Program-made: the position numbers and the translations under genes
Part shown: piece after piece, positions 35,935 to 50,355 of the stretch
Layout of the letters: the number at the start of each line of letters is the position of its first letter
Position numbering within the stretch: position 1 is the stretch's first letter
Notes under the pieces: generated by a model
Seen by the model: the letters and a program-made list of their open reading frames with translations, nothing else
What the model was told of the DNA's origin: nothing
Database searches by the model: none
NCBI GenBank assembly: GCA_963575745.1
Contig: CAUYUJ010000284.1
Span: 62,001-115,872, forward strand
Length of the DNA stretch: 53,872 nucleotides
From: Prorocentrum cordatum
Taxonomy: Eukaryota
Direction of reading: 5' to 3'

Positions 35935-35970
<36 letters not shown>

Positions 35971-37296
35971 CCAACGACAACAACAACCACATCAACTACA
36001 ACAACAGCAGCAGCCAGCAGCAGCAGCAACAAAAACAGCAACAACGACAAAAAAAACGCGAATGATACTACAAGCAACATCAACAACAACGACAACGACA
36101 ACGAACAAGGACAACGACAACAACAACAGCAGCAGCAGCAGCAACAACAACAACAACAACAACAACAACAGCAACAACCACGACATCGAAACAACAACGA
36201 CAACAACAACCACAGCCAACCAAACACAAGACCAACCAACCAACAAACCAATGAAACAAGCAACAACACCAACAACAGCAACAGCAACAGCAGCAACAAC
36301 AACAACAGCAACAACCAACGTACCAACCAACCAACCAACAAACAAACCAAGCAACCAACCAACCAACCAACCAACCAAGCAAGCAACCAACAAACCAACC
36401 ACAACAACAGCAACGAAAATACCAGCAGCAGCAGCAACAACACTCAGTTTAAGAATGTTCGCTCATATCTGATCGTATGCCATTCAACACGTACATCCCA
36501 AACCCTCGGTACCCGCCCTCTTCGTCTTCGATCTTACCCCCATTGGGAATACATCTTTCTTACCTGCCACTTGCATTTAGCGCAGCCCCTAAAACAGCCG
36601 AAGAGAGAGGACGGATAGAACGGGGAGAAAGAAGGATGGAACACGCCAGAAATTAGCAGGAGGGGGGCTGGGAGCAAAAAACACGTGACAAAACCAGACG
36701 GGCAAATCGGGCGGGCAGACCCTGGAGAAATTGAAGAGATTAGAGTGAGCGGCCAACCCTCCCGCCCAATTCCCGCCCACCCACCCGGCGCCTATAGTGC
36801 TTCACGTTGGATCCGGCCACGAGAGAAGGATAGAAAAAGAGAGGCAGAGAGAGAGAGAGACAGAGAGAGACAGAGAGAAAGAAAGAGAGAGAGAGGGAGA
36901 GAGAGAATGAGATACTGACGCTCCACTCCGTAGCGCCCGCGGCTTGCCTTCGCGAGAGAGAGAGAGAGAGAGCGAGAGCAACAACATCAGCACCACAAAC
37001 AAAACACTTGATCTATCTATATGTATATAAATATATACGTGTGTGTAACCGAAAACATATACCGATATATCCAGACATACAGATTTCACGATACACAAAC
37101 AGAACAACCAGAAGAAGAACTTGCCGTCGCTCGGACGTCAAGTTCCCGTGCATGTGTCGGTTTCGTGCGTTTTTGTTTGTTGCGCGATGGTCCAGGATGG
37201 TCCTCGATGGCTCTCGCCGAGAAAGAATACCGAGAAAGAATACACACGCCCGAGCGACGCCAAGAAGCGTGAGAAGCGAGGAGGGCGGCGGCGCGC

Positions 37297-37372
37297 CCGG
37301 TGGAGCGAAGTCCCGGGCTGCCAGGGCTGCGCGACCCGCTGGGCGAGATCAGGGCGGGGAGACTCTCGGAGC
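37297..37372 (-). CDS. Gene B exon (SESLPALISPSGSRSPGSPGLRST)
   Basis: 76 nt, GAG|G acceptor, GC donor, phase 1/2, GC3-rich. Confidence 0.6.
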
Positions 37373-38480
37373 CTCGGCGGGGGGGCGGCTCGGAGGGCGA
37401 GGGCGGAGGCCGAAGCTTCTCGTCGGAGAGGGAGGGAGGAGGAGGAGGAGGAGGAGGAGGAGGAGGAGGAGGAGGAGGGAGGAGGAGGAGGAGGAGGAGG
37501 AAGAGGAGGAGGGAGGAGGAGGAGGAGGAGGAGGAGGAAGAGGAGGGAGGAGGAGGGGCGACCGGTTGTTACTGTGGCCCGTTGGGTGTTAGTGTGGCCC
37601 GTTGGGTGTTAGTGTGGCCCGTCGCGCGGCGGGATGGGAGTTACTGTGGCCCGCGCAGGCCGCTCAATGAAAAGTAATGCGTAAAGGTATCCCATGGCAG
37701 ATCTGGAGAGATTCGCAACCCTTAAGGGAATGCACTCCCGCGCAAGCAAAAGTGGCCACAGTAACTCCCACCTGGAACCAACGTGGTAGTAGTGCTGTGT
37801 TAGTGGTGTGGTGGTCGCCGTGCTGTGTTAGTGGTGTGGTGTTGGTAATGTTGTGTTAGTGGTGTGGTGTTGGTAGTGGCTGGTTGTGCTGTATGCTGTG
37901 TTAGTGGTGTGGTGTTGGTAGTGGTGTGCTGTGTTAGTGGTGTGGTGTTGGTAGTGTTGTGTTAGTGGTGTGGTGTTGGTAGTGTTGTTGAGTTGGTAGT
38001 AGGTAGTAGTGTTGTGGTAGTGGCAGTGGTGCTGTGGTAGTGGTGTTGTGGTAGCGGTGTTGTAGTGTTGTGGTTGTGATATTGTGGTAGCGGTGTTGTG
38101 GTGTTGTGGTAGCGGTGTTGTGGTGTTGTGGTACTGGTATTGTGGTAGTGGTGCTGTAGTGTGGTAGTACTATGGTGCTGTAGTGTTGGTGCTAGGTAGT
38201 ACCATTCATAGGGAGTACTAGTCCTACGGAGTACTAGCCGCAAGGAGTGCTAGCCCCAGGGAGTACCAGTCCTAGGAATTACTACCCCTAGGGCGTACTC
38301 GTCCAAGGGAGTACTCGTCCTAGGGAGTACTCGCACTACGGAGCACCAGCCCTAGGGACTACAAGTCCTAGGAAGTGTTAGTCCGAGCGAGTGCCAGGAA
38401 GTACTGGCACTAGGGAGTGCTAGCACTAGGAAGTACTGGCGCTAGGGAGTGCTAGCCCCAGGGCGCTAGGGACGACGAGA

Positions 38481-39590
<1,110 letters not shown>

Positions 39591-40552
39591 ATAGTTCGGA
39601 GAGCCCAAGAGGCTCTTCGGAGAGCCCAAGAAGCGCTTCGGATGCCCCAAGAAGCTCTTCGGAGGTCCCACGAGGCTCTTCGGAGAGGCCAAGAGGCTCT
39701 TAGGCGGCTGCAAGAAGGTCTTCGGAGGCTCCAAGAGGCTCTTCGGAGAGCACCAGAGGCTCTTCCGAGAGGCTCTTCGGTGGGGGGGGGTGGCGGAGCC
39801 TTTTTGGACCCCACCCCACCCCTTCACCGTACTCGATAATTAAAACACTCCGGAGGACCCCTGGCCATACTAACACCCACCGGGCCGCAGTAACAACCAA
39901 CGGGCCGCAGTAACACCTTATCTCAGGAGGAGGGAGGAGGAGGAGGAGGGAGGAGGAGGAGGAGGGAGGGAGGAGGGAGGGAGGAGGAGGGAGGAGGTGG
40001 GAGGGAGGGAGGGAGTGAGGGAGGGAGGAGGAAGGAGGAGGAGAGGAGGAGGAGGAAGAGGAGGGAGGGAGGAGGAGGAGGAGGAGGAGAGGAAGGGGGA
40101 GGAGGAGGAGGAGGACGGAGGGAGGAGGAAGAGGAGGAAGAGGCGGAGGGAGGAGGGGAGGAGGAAGGAGGCGGAGGAGGAAGGAGGAATGAGGAGGAGG
40201 CGGATGAGGATGAGGAGAGGATCGGAGGCGGGAGAGGAGGAGGAAGGGAGGAGGGAGGGAGGTAAGGGATGGGGAGGGAGGGAGGGAGGAGGGAGGAGGA
40301 GGAGGAGGAGGAGGAGGAGGAGGAGGAGGAGAAGGAGGGAGGGAGAAAGAGGAGGAGAAGGAGGAGGGGTACTGGCGCCTGGGGCCAGGGTAGCACAATA
40401 GCCCAGGGCGCCACGACGTCGCCGAGCCAGAGGCCAGGGCTTGGGGCTGACGTCGAACCCCAGCCACTGTCCCGACGTCGACCTGATGGCGATCCCTCCA
40501 AAAGCCTACCCTGACGCCGAAACCCTCGGACCTGCCCCAACGCCAAGACTTA

Positions 40553-40709
40553 GGTCGGGCGTGTCCCCCTACAGGGGGGGGGGTTGGACGAAAAATAAGA
40601 AGTACCCCAAAAAATGCCCAAAACATACTCAGGAATAATCAAAAAATCGTCCCCGGAGTATTTCTCCCCTACTTTTGAATATTCCTCCCGTAGAGGGACA
40701 AGCCCGACT
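40553..40709 (+). mobile_element. Family A MITE
   Basis: GGTCGGGCGTGTCCCCCTACAGG ... CCCGTAGAGGGACAAGCCCGACT. Confidence 0.85.
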
Positions 40710-43700
40710 TAGGCCAAAAGAACCCTCCAAGAAGCTTCTGCCCGAGTGAAGACAGCAGTCTCACCACCAACGACAGGGGGCAAGGGGGTGCCCCCCCCCC
40801 CTCGAGGAGTAAGGGGATGAGGAGGAAGGGGAGGTAGGAGGAGGAGAAGGAGGAGGCTAGAAGGAAGAAGCGCGGCGCTGGGGGAGGGCGGAGGAGGGAG
40901 GAGGCGGATGAGGGAGGAAGGACGGAGGATGAGGAGGAGGAGGAGGAGGGAGGAGGGAGTGAGGCGGAGGAGGGGAGGAGGGAGGATGGAGGAGGGAAAG
41001 GTAGGGGAGGAATGGGAGTAGGGGGAGGGGAGGAGAGGAGGAGGGGCGGGAAGGAGGGTTTCGCCTTCGCCTCAGCTCGGGCCCCGCGACCCTCGCGGGA
41101 CCCGGCAGCCGGGACCGAGCCGGCAAGAGAAAGAGCGGCAGGAAAAAAATGCGGGCCTCGCCATCGCTCGGACGTCCGTTCCCCCTGTGCTTTTTTCAGT
41201 TTCGTGCGTGGTGTTTTTGCCAAATGATCAAGGATGCTCCTCGATGGTCCTCGCCGAAGGAAGAATGCGATGCCAAGGGCCTGGGGCCCCGGCCGCGGTT
41301 CCCTGCGATGCGGCAACTCTCTGAGGGGCACCGACAGGAAAGACTGGCACAGGGGGGGAGGCATCGACCTGGAATCGGCGACGCATCGCCGATGGATCGG
41401 CGAAAGACCCACGACAGCGAAGCCGCAGCTTCCTGGGCGGGTGGGGCTATCGGGCCCTCTCGGCGACGAATGGACGCTTGGGGGTCGATCCATCTCCCCC
41501 TGTGCCTCTCTCCCCCCCTCGTTGCCCCCGAGTTCCTCGTGACGTCAGGACTCAGGGAAGTGGCCGCGATTGCTCGGGGTGCTCGGCACCCGAGGGGGCC
41601 CCCCGTTGAGATCCCCAGACCCCCGACACACGCTGGAAGGACACCGACGATCGCGCTCCGCGGAGCGCGGAGCGCGATCGTCTTCGCGCTTTCGCGACGC
41701 CCCCCCCAGCCCCCGCCCACCCACCCCCGCGCTTGCGCGCCGCCCCCCCAGCCCCCCCCCCCTCGAACAGCACGAGGGGCTCGTGCCTCGCTCTCTGAAG
41801 TCGCCCGGACCGCGAAGCGCGGTTCGCAACCAGCCTCGCACCCTCGTGGTGGCCCCAGAGGCAGCAGGGCTGACCAGCAGACACGCAGGGCAGCCCGGTG
41901 AGGGCAACTTGTGGACGACGTGGTGGCTTCTCCTCCCTCGACAGATAGAAAGGCACCCAGGAAGATATAAACAAAGAGGCACCAATTCCAGGATGCCCAT
42001 AGAAAGTTTCTACATGTTCTGGGTGTTCGTTTTCCGCTCAAGTTCGCATCTTTCGCATGTTGCCATGGGAAATATACGCTCTTGCGTGTGTCTGTGTCTG
42101 CTTTTTCCTCCTGAAGGTACGTGAGTGATGCCCAGCAGCAGAGCCTGACCACAACTGACCAGGGCTGAACCTAAACGGTGTTTTTCGTTTTCGTTGTGTT
42201 TTCATGTTCCCTCGCTTTTGCCTCGAATCCGCCCTTGCCGCAAAACGAAGTCGAAACGAAAACGGCCCACGACATCGCCAAAAACACAGCGGCCCTGAAA
42301 CTGACCGCGGCCGCCCGCTGCTGGGCAGACGACGCACTGCCCCAGGCGGACGGCGCCCGCGGCGGCACACCGACAGCAAGCCCTGCCCAGGACCGGAGTA
42401 CACCCGCCGGGGGCCACAGAGCGGACGCATCGCGCCGCACCGCCAGGTGCACAATGAGCCGACGCGTCGGCGATGCGCCGGCGACGGCGGCATCGAGGCG
42501 AGCGGGCTCTGGAGATCACTGAAGGGGCCCTGGGACACACAATTTTTTCTGGGGAACCGACGATTAATTGTGTCGGTGTGTTTCTTCCCCTCCTGAATCA
42601 CGCCGCATCGCCGCTTCATCGGCGGCGCGGCACGATGCCCCTGGCCCCACGTGCTCTGGCCCCGTCTGGGACTCGCCGTCGCTCGGGCGTCCACTCCCTG
42701 TGTTTTCTTCGGTTTCGTGCGTGGCTTTTTCGCCAGATGATCAAGGACGCTCCTCGACTGTCCTCGCCGAAGGGAAAGTGCACACGTCCGAGCGATGCCG
42801 GAGGGGAGGCCTGAACATGTGGGCAGGAACCGATGCCGGCACTCGTCCACGTTCTGCCCGCCCGCAGGGCGGATCGTCGCACCGACAGGACACGCCGCCG
42901 AGGCTGGCGCGGAGGCGGCCACACGTGCCAACGCTGCAGCGGAGGCCAGCCCAGAGGAGACCTTCCCCGAGAAGCCCACCCCTGAGACGCCAGGGCTGTC
43001 ATTGATTTTTGGATCGGGAACGTCACTCTTTCCATAGCAAAACCATCGAAACCCAAGAAACCCAGGGCACTCTGGAGGCAAGCAGGGTCTCCACTGTACC
43101 ACTGCAGATCAGATGGTGCTCAGAATTTGAAGCACGTCTGCAGCCAGGGGAATCCCAGCGGGGCCGATATCAGGGGCGAAGCGCGCCGTCCGTGAACGAG
43201 CCCCCAGAGCCTGATACGTGCAGGGCTCCTCGCTCAAGATCGTGCCGACTGGACCCGCAGTGGTAGGCCCCCGAGGGGGGAGGGGCGGGCGACGACAGGG
43301 GACCGAAAGACAGCACAAGTATATAAACGTTCGGAGGTCCGCGAGGGGCGCGCCTGCGGCGGCGCCGGGGGCGCGGCCAGGGAGCCCCGCGCCGACCGGC
43401 GCCGATGCGAGAGCTACACGCGGAGCTCCGAGAAACTGCGCATGGTGATGCCGTGGCTCTGCTCTTCGCGGCCACTGGGGGAGGGGGGGCGGGGAGGGGG
43501 AGGCGGAGGCGGCGACGGCGCTCCACAAGAGTCCGATGACGATCGAACGCGGGAGGAATCTGGGGGTCCCCTCACTTGAGCAGCTCTACGCCACGAAGGT
43601 ATATACACATACACCCATCCGACGAATCGTGCACGTACCTTCCGAGAGGGCGGCGGTGTGTAAGATCGCTTGCTTCAAGTGGTGATTTATGCACCGCCAC

Positions 43701-43843
43701 CCTCCGCTGAGGCCAAGAAACAGTCCGTTGGAGGGTGTCCGTGTACAGATATGTGTATACATGTAGATATACATATACATGTGTATATATATATATATGC
43801 GTTTTTGTGGCGGACGCTCGGTACCTCTCTGCCCGAGGGGCAC

Positions 43844-43943
43844 CTGCGGCAGCTCCGTGCCGGCCCGCGGGGGAGGCCGGCGAGCAGCCCGTGCCGAAGA
43901 AGTTCCTGCTGCGGAGATGGGCGGAGCTGCAGAGGCACGAAAC
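43844..43943 (-). CDS. Candidate exon (VSCLCSSAHLRSRNFFGTGCSPASPAGRHGAAA)
   Basis: CAG|G ... CAG|GT, phase 0/1. It is phase-compatible with the 45383 exon upstream and the 37372 exon downstream. Confidence 0.3.
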
Positions 43944-44555
43944 CTGGGTGGCGCGGGCGCCACAAGCAACGACGCGGAAGCAGGCGGAGGCGGAGGCGGC
44001 GGAGGCGGCGGAGGATGCGGAGGAGGCGGAGACGGAGGCGGAGGAGCGGAGCAGAGCGGAGCGTAGGCGAAGGAGGCGAAGACGGAGGAAGCGGAAGCGG
44101 GGACGGAGGCGGAGACGAAGCAGGAGGCGGAGACGGAGGAGGAGCGGAGCGGAGCGTAGCGTCGAAAACGCCGCGGAGGACGGCCCTGCTGGAGCGCGGG
44201 GCAGTAGGGCCGCAGCCCACAGCTGGTGAAGAGGGTGCCAGGCGTGACGAAGCCGGTCGGGGCACATGCGAGTGAGCTCCTCCGCCCCGCTCTGACAGCT
44301 GTGATGGAGACGGCGGAGGAGGCACAGGAAGAGGAGTAGGAAGAGGGGCCGCCCTCCGCCCCCACCGCTGCCGCCCTCCGCCCCCCCCCCCGTCGACGTC
44401 GCCCCCACGGCCCGCCGGGCCAGCGGCGCGGGAGGCGCCGCCCTGCCCCACCCCGTCGCTAGCGCCCTCCCCAGCCCCCGCCGACCGCGGCCCGACGGGC
44501 CGGGTCGAGCCTCGAAGCTCGAAGGTCGACGAGGAGACCACGGAACATCGAAAGA

Positions 44556-44586
<31 letters not shown>

Positions 44587-45004
44587 GAAGGAGGAGGAGG
44601 AGGAGGAGGAGGAGAGGAGGAGGAGGGAGGTCAGGAGGGAAGGAGGAGGGGAGGCTCCATCCTGAAGAGCTTGCAGCCACCAGGTAACCAGGAACCAGGA
44701 GGAAGGAGGGGAGGAAGAAGAGGAGGAAGAGGGGGTGGGGGGAAGGATGGATGAAGATGGAGGGAGGAGGGGAGGGGCGGAGGAGGTGAGGAGCGGAGAG
44801 GGCGGGCACGAGGGCCACCCACTCAGAGCCCCCGCGGCTCGAGCGACCGGAGCTCGAGGGTGGTTCGGCAATGGGCCCTCCCTGTGGCCAACGGACACGA
44901 CTGCGGCGGCTGCGGATCTCGGCGGGCTCCGCTGGGGGGCCAAGACCGCTGGCTGCGCCAAGAAACCTCTCGAGCCTCTCTCGCGAGCGGAGGCGGAGGC
45001 GGAT

Positions 45005-45042
<38 letters not shown>

Positions 45043-45049
45043 CGACGAC

Positions 45050-45161
<112 letters not shown>

Positions 45162-45382
45162 CGCCGCGAGCGCTCCGGGTCCGATGGAGCGCCCGCGGCG
45201 GCGAGCACGGACGCCGGCCGCCGAGCCCGCGCGTGCGCGCGGCCCCGCAGCCACTCCCCCGCAGTTCCGCGCCTCCGCCGCCTGCGCGGCGCGTGGCGCC
45301 CCCCGGCCTCCCGCGGGGCGCCTCGACCCATCGCCCCCGCCGCCCCTGGGCGTGCGGGCCCCTCCACGCACTCGCGGGGCAC

Positions 45383-45514
45383 CTCGTTGGCCTCCCCGTC
45401 CTCGTCGGCCGCCTTGGCCCTCGCCACGCGGCCGTGCTGCACGGTCCCATCGGCGCTCACGCCACGTGCACGGAGCATGCTGTAGAATCCAGGAGCTTGG
45501 GCCCGCCGCCGTAC
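45383..45514 (-). CDS. Candidate exon (VRRAQAPGFYSMLRARGVSADGTVQHGRVARAKAADEDGEANE)
   Basis: TAG|G ... GAG|GT, phase 0/0, with a GC3-rich second half. Gene assignment is unknown. Confidence 0.35.
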
Positions 45515-46349
45515 CTAGCAGCGTCGGCCTGCGGCCTTCCTCCTCCTCCTCCTCCTCCTCCTCCTCCTCCTCCTCTTCTTATGTTCTTTCTTCTCGTTTA
45601 TAGTAATAAGAATAATACTTGTCTTACTGTTACTATTCGCATTGCTATTATCAATGTTAGTATTAGTATGGTTATTACTCGTATCGTTATTATTCGTAAT
45701 AGTTGTCAGATTAATAGAATATGATTGTTGATATGAGTAGTAAGTCATTGATAGTCGTAGGAGTAGTAACAACATTAATGTTATTAGTATTAGTCGTCGG
45801 ATTCGTCCCTTTTCGCATTAGTAACATTATGGTTATTACTAGTAGTGTTCGTCTTCTTCGTCGTGCGTTTATTGTTATTCTTATTCGTATTCGTCATATT
45901 ATTATCATTATTATTTTATCATTGATATTATTAGTATTATATTATTAGTATCGATATTATTAGTACTACTACGAATGATAACATTATTATTCCTCCTCAT
46001 CCTCCTCCTCCTCCTCCTCCTCCTCCTCCTCCTCCTCGTCCTCCTCCTCCTCTCCTCCCCCTCCTCATCCCCGCTCCTCCTCCTCCTCCTCCTCCTCCCC
46101 CTCCGTCCTCCGCCCCTCCTCCTCCTCTTCCTCCTCCCCCTCCCCCTCCCCCTCCTCCTCCCCCTCCTCCCACTCCTCCACAGCTGCTGCCCATGGCAGC
46201 GCTCGCGGCCGCGGGCGCGCCCTCTCCTCTTGCTGGCGGCGCAACGGCCGCCTCCCGTGCACTTCTCACCTCTGGGCCTACCCCGCCGCGCAGGGCCACC
46301 CTGGCCGCCCTCCTGCACGGCAGCGGCATCGGCCCCCTAGTGAGCCTCC

Positions 46350-48010
46350 TCCCCCTCTGCTCCTTGGTCCCTGCTGCCGGGCCACCTCGGCACTCGGCGA
46401 ACAGGCACCCCGTCCTCGATCACAGCATGCTGAAGCTCGTCGCCGCCCCGCTCGTCCCGCACCTCGTGCAGGCCACCCCGACCACCTCCTGCCAGGCCGG
46501 GCCGCCGGACTGGACGAGGTGGCGGCCTTGGTACTGCAGCGCCTCCGCGAGCCCTGGAGACTCTGCGCCTCCTGGTCCTCAGCGCCCTCCTGCGGGGCCC
46601 CGCCACCCCTTCCTCGTGGTCTGCCTCCGACTGCACCTCCAGCGCCCGAAGCGTCCTCCATCCCTGCCCTCGGGGAGGCCCGCAACGTCCTCCTCCTGCG
46701 CCTGCAGCGGCACCGTGGACGTGGCAACCCATCGCGCCGTCCCCTTCGGCCAAGCGTAGGCTCCCGCGGCCACCAGCCCCCTCCTCCTTGGTGCCCCAAG
46801 CCGCAGCCCCCTTCTTGGCGAAGGCGTCAGCATTCCAATTACTGCCTCCTCCGCCTCCTCCTCCTTCTCCTCGTCCTCCGGTCCTCCGCGGTCTTGCAGT
46901 CCGCCTCCGACCTGTGGCCCTTGATCGTCACAACCTGGATGCCCATGTCGCCGAACTCGGTCCACCTCCTTTCCCACATCCTCTTGCGGTCATTCTCAAA
47001 ACCTGGAGCCCTCCCCCTGTTCGTGGCACAATCGATGGACCCCCGGCAATTCGAGAAGGCCGCCGCTGGAGCCGCGCAGCACCTCGACAGCATGTGGAAC
47101 GCGTGGTCCTCGCAGTCCCGAACAATCTACATTGGCGCCCACCGCAGCTGCACCGTGCCGCACCGCGCGCCGTTCAGCGTCACCACCGCCCAACCCGCGC
47201 GCGGCAAGGCGTCGTCCTCCACGCGGACCGCCGACCCGTCCAGGAAGACGTCTGCCAGGAAGGTGCCCAGCGGCGGCCCCTCGGCGGTGGAAAAACATCC
47301 CTTTGGTACACCTCCCCTGAGTGAAAACGTCCCGGGACCGAAACCGACGGACCTGGACCCGCAAAACTGACGGCCGCGACGCCCTCTCGCGAACCGAAAA
47401 CGGCCAATTCCTTCATCGACGTGTCGGGGTAGGAGGCCCGTCCGCCTCCCAGAGCGGCGGCCCCGTGCACCAGCGCTCGACCTCCCTCTCCGGCCTCCCG
47501 TGCCCCTGAAGCCGCCACCAGGCGATCTCTGGGAGGAGCCCGCGCGCGCACCCCCTCGCCCCTGCCTCTTCGCACCCCCTCGCTCCTCGCGCGGCGCGCC
47601 GCCTGGCGGCACCTCGGGCGGACACGGGCCCCGCCCCGCCGCCCCGGTGGCGCCGCCCTCGAAGTGCCCGTGCTGGGAGGCCTGGAGATGGGCACCGACA
47701 CCAACACAGGGGGGGGGGGGCCTCCACAGGGGGAAGATGATCCTAGACTTCGGTGCCGGTGGTAATAGGTCGGCCACCTATAGCTATAGGAAGACCAGAT
47801 CTTACCACCATCACCGAGATCCGGATCGCCATCCCTCGGTGGAAGCACACCGCCGATGTGGGTGTTGGTTTCAACCTCCAGGCCTGCGATGTGCCACAAC
47901 GTGTCTCGAGCCGCCCTGCACCTCCCGCGCTCGTCCGACGCCGCGCGGCCCCTGTCGTAGAGCCTGGTCTGCGACCACCGAGGCCCTCCTGCGCAGCACC
48001 TCAGCGCCAT
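46350..48010 (-). mobile_element. Decayed non-LTR retrotransposon ORF fragment (zinc-finger-like segment, RNase H, CxxC tail)
   Basis: WSQTRLYDRG..RC...DTLWH at about 47890-47990. DVFLDGS..AGWAVV, then IVRDCED, FSNCRG and VVTIKGH in one frame (about 47255->46870) with an in-frame stop at 47127. ACTRCG lies near 46460. It is interrupted by a TIR insert. Confidence 0.7.
47678..47885. mobile_element. MITE-like insert in the retroelement
   Basis: Inverted termini AGGCCTGGAGATGGGCACCGACACC / GGTGTTGGTTTCAACCTCCAGGCCT. Confidence 0.65.
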
Positions 48011-48381
48011 CTTGTGCGCCGGGCCCAAAGTGGTATGCACGGCCCGACACGGGCCCCACCCAATCCAAGATGGCCCCAACACGGCCAGCAAGGCGTCGCG
48101 GACGGCCCAGGAGGGCCGCCAGAGGCCCCATGGAGGCGTCCAAACGGTTCCCAAAGGACCAACTCCACGGGAGCCCCCTGCGAACGGTGCCTGGGCGCCC
48201 AAGACGTGTCAATGGATGTGGCGCAAGCCTGTAGAATAATCATCCACGTCTGGAGGTGACGTGCTGAGCGGGAGCGCTTTGCGGCGAACTCCTGAATGCA
48301 ACGTATCCACTGTATCCAGTGATTGCAGAACTGCTACAGATTCTGTCGTTGTACGTGTAATGTAATGCCCTTGTACCCTTA

Positions 48382-48533
48382 GGTCGGGCATGTTCTCCTG
48401 CAGTCGGACTTTGGGCGAAAAATGCACATGATCAGAAAATGATCCAACATAGTCAGAAACAATCGAAGAATCGTCCTCAGACTGTTGTTTTACTATGTTT
48501 GGTTATTCCTCCTGTAAAAAGACATGCCCGACC
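48382..48533 (+). mobile_element. Family A MITE
   Basis: GGTCGGGCATGTTCTCCTGCAG ... CTGTAAAAAGACATGCCCGACC. Confidence 0.8.
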
Positions 48534-50355
48534 AAATGTTACCCACCTCCCCCCCTCCCCGAGGCCACGCCACTTCCGCCGACCAGGGTGCCCCCGCCCA
48601 ACCCCTTCAGGGGCCCAAGAGCTTGCAAAAACCGATGGTCATCTGTGATTGGGACACCCTGGGCCTCTTGGAGCTCCAAAAAGGGCGTCAAGACGGCCCA
48701 AGATGGCCTCAGCACGGGCCAGCACGGCCCCAAGACGGCCCAAGATGGCCCCAAGAGGGCCCCAGAAAGCCCCCGAGACGGCCCAAGAGGTCCTCAAGAG
48801 CACCCCCAAGAGCGCCTCCAGAAGCCAAAAAGCATGGATTGTGTTCGGCAGGTTGTTCCATCACCTTGGCGTTCTCGCCCTTCCTCGACTCGTCGACGCC
48901 CCTGACGGCCTAGGCAGCCTCCGAAGGGGGCACAAGACAGCCCAAGAAGCTCCCAGGAGGGCCCCAAGACAGCCCAAGAATGGGAGAAGGAGGAGGAGGA
49001 GGTGGAGGAGGAGGAGGAGGAGGAGGAGGAGGAGGAGGAGGAGAGGGATGCGGAGGAGGGGGAGGAGGAGGAGGAGGAGAAGGAGGAGAAAGGAGGGATG
49101 AAGAACAGGATGCGAGTAGTAGACATGAGGAAGAGGGAGGGAGGAGGTAGGAGGATGAGTATTAGGAGGAGGATGAGGATGAGGAAAGATGAGGAGGAGA
49201 AGATGAAGGGATGCGAAGAAGGAGGATGGATGAGGAAGGAAGGAGAAGAGGAGGAGAGGATGAAGTAGGAGGAGGGTGGAGGAGGAGGAGGACGAGGAGG
49301 AGGAGGAGGAGGAGAAGGAGGAGGAGGAGGAGGAGGAGGAGGAGGAGAAGAAGGAGGAGTCCCAGGACGGCCCCAAGAGGCCCCCAAGACGGCCCAGGAC
49401 GGCCCCCTGGAGGGCCCCAAGAGAACGGACGGCCTCCGACGGGGCCAGGCGGCGCAGAAGCGCCCCGAGACGGCCCAGGACGCCCCCCGAGAAGTCCCCA
49501 AGAGGCCCTCAAGAGGCCCCCAGGGGCCCCAAGCCCAAGAGGCCTCCAAGACGCCCCCAGGAAGCCCCAAGGGCCCCCAAGAGGCTCCCAAGACGCCCCC
49601 AAGAAGCCCCAAGGAGCCTCCAAGACACCCCCAAGAGGCGCCAAGAGGCCCCAAGAAGCCCCAAGAGGCCTCCAAGACGCCCCCAAGAGGCCTCCAAGAC
49701 GCCCCCAAGAAGCCCCCAAGAAGCCCCCACGAGGCTCCAAGAAGCCCGCAAGACGCCCCCAATAGGCCCCAAGGGGCCTCCAAAGACGCCCCCAAGAGGC
49801 CCCAAAAGGCCCCAAGAAGCCCCCAAGAGGCCTCCAAGACGCCCCCAAGAAGCCCCCAAGAAGCCCCCACGACGCCCCAAGGAGCTCGCAAAACGCCCCG
49901 AAGAGGCCCCAAGGGGCCTCCAAGACGCCGCCAAGAGGCCTCCAAGAGGCCCAAAAGAGACCCCCACCAGGCCCCGCGACGACTGGACTCTGCGCGATCC
50001 AGAAGGGCAGCCCGCGAAGCGAGAGGAATCCACGTCCGGAGGCGAAGTGCTGACCAGAAGCGTTTTTCGGCGAACGCCCTAATGCAACGTATCCAACGCC
50101 TGCAGGTATTGCATATGCGCTACATTTTGTATTGTATGTATCTGTCGACCCCAAACATGGGGGAGAGAGTGCGTTTCGTGGACGCTTGTCTTGAAAAAAC
50201 ACCTTGACACGTTGGAGCTGGGGGGGGCCCTGAGCGCCCCTGGAAAACCGCCCCCCCCCTTGGACACCGACCTCCCTAAACGGGGAGGGGCGCCCCCCAG
50301 CCTCCCTAAACAAGTTAAACAAGGGGAGCCGCCCCTCCAAATAGGGCTGGGGTTA

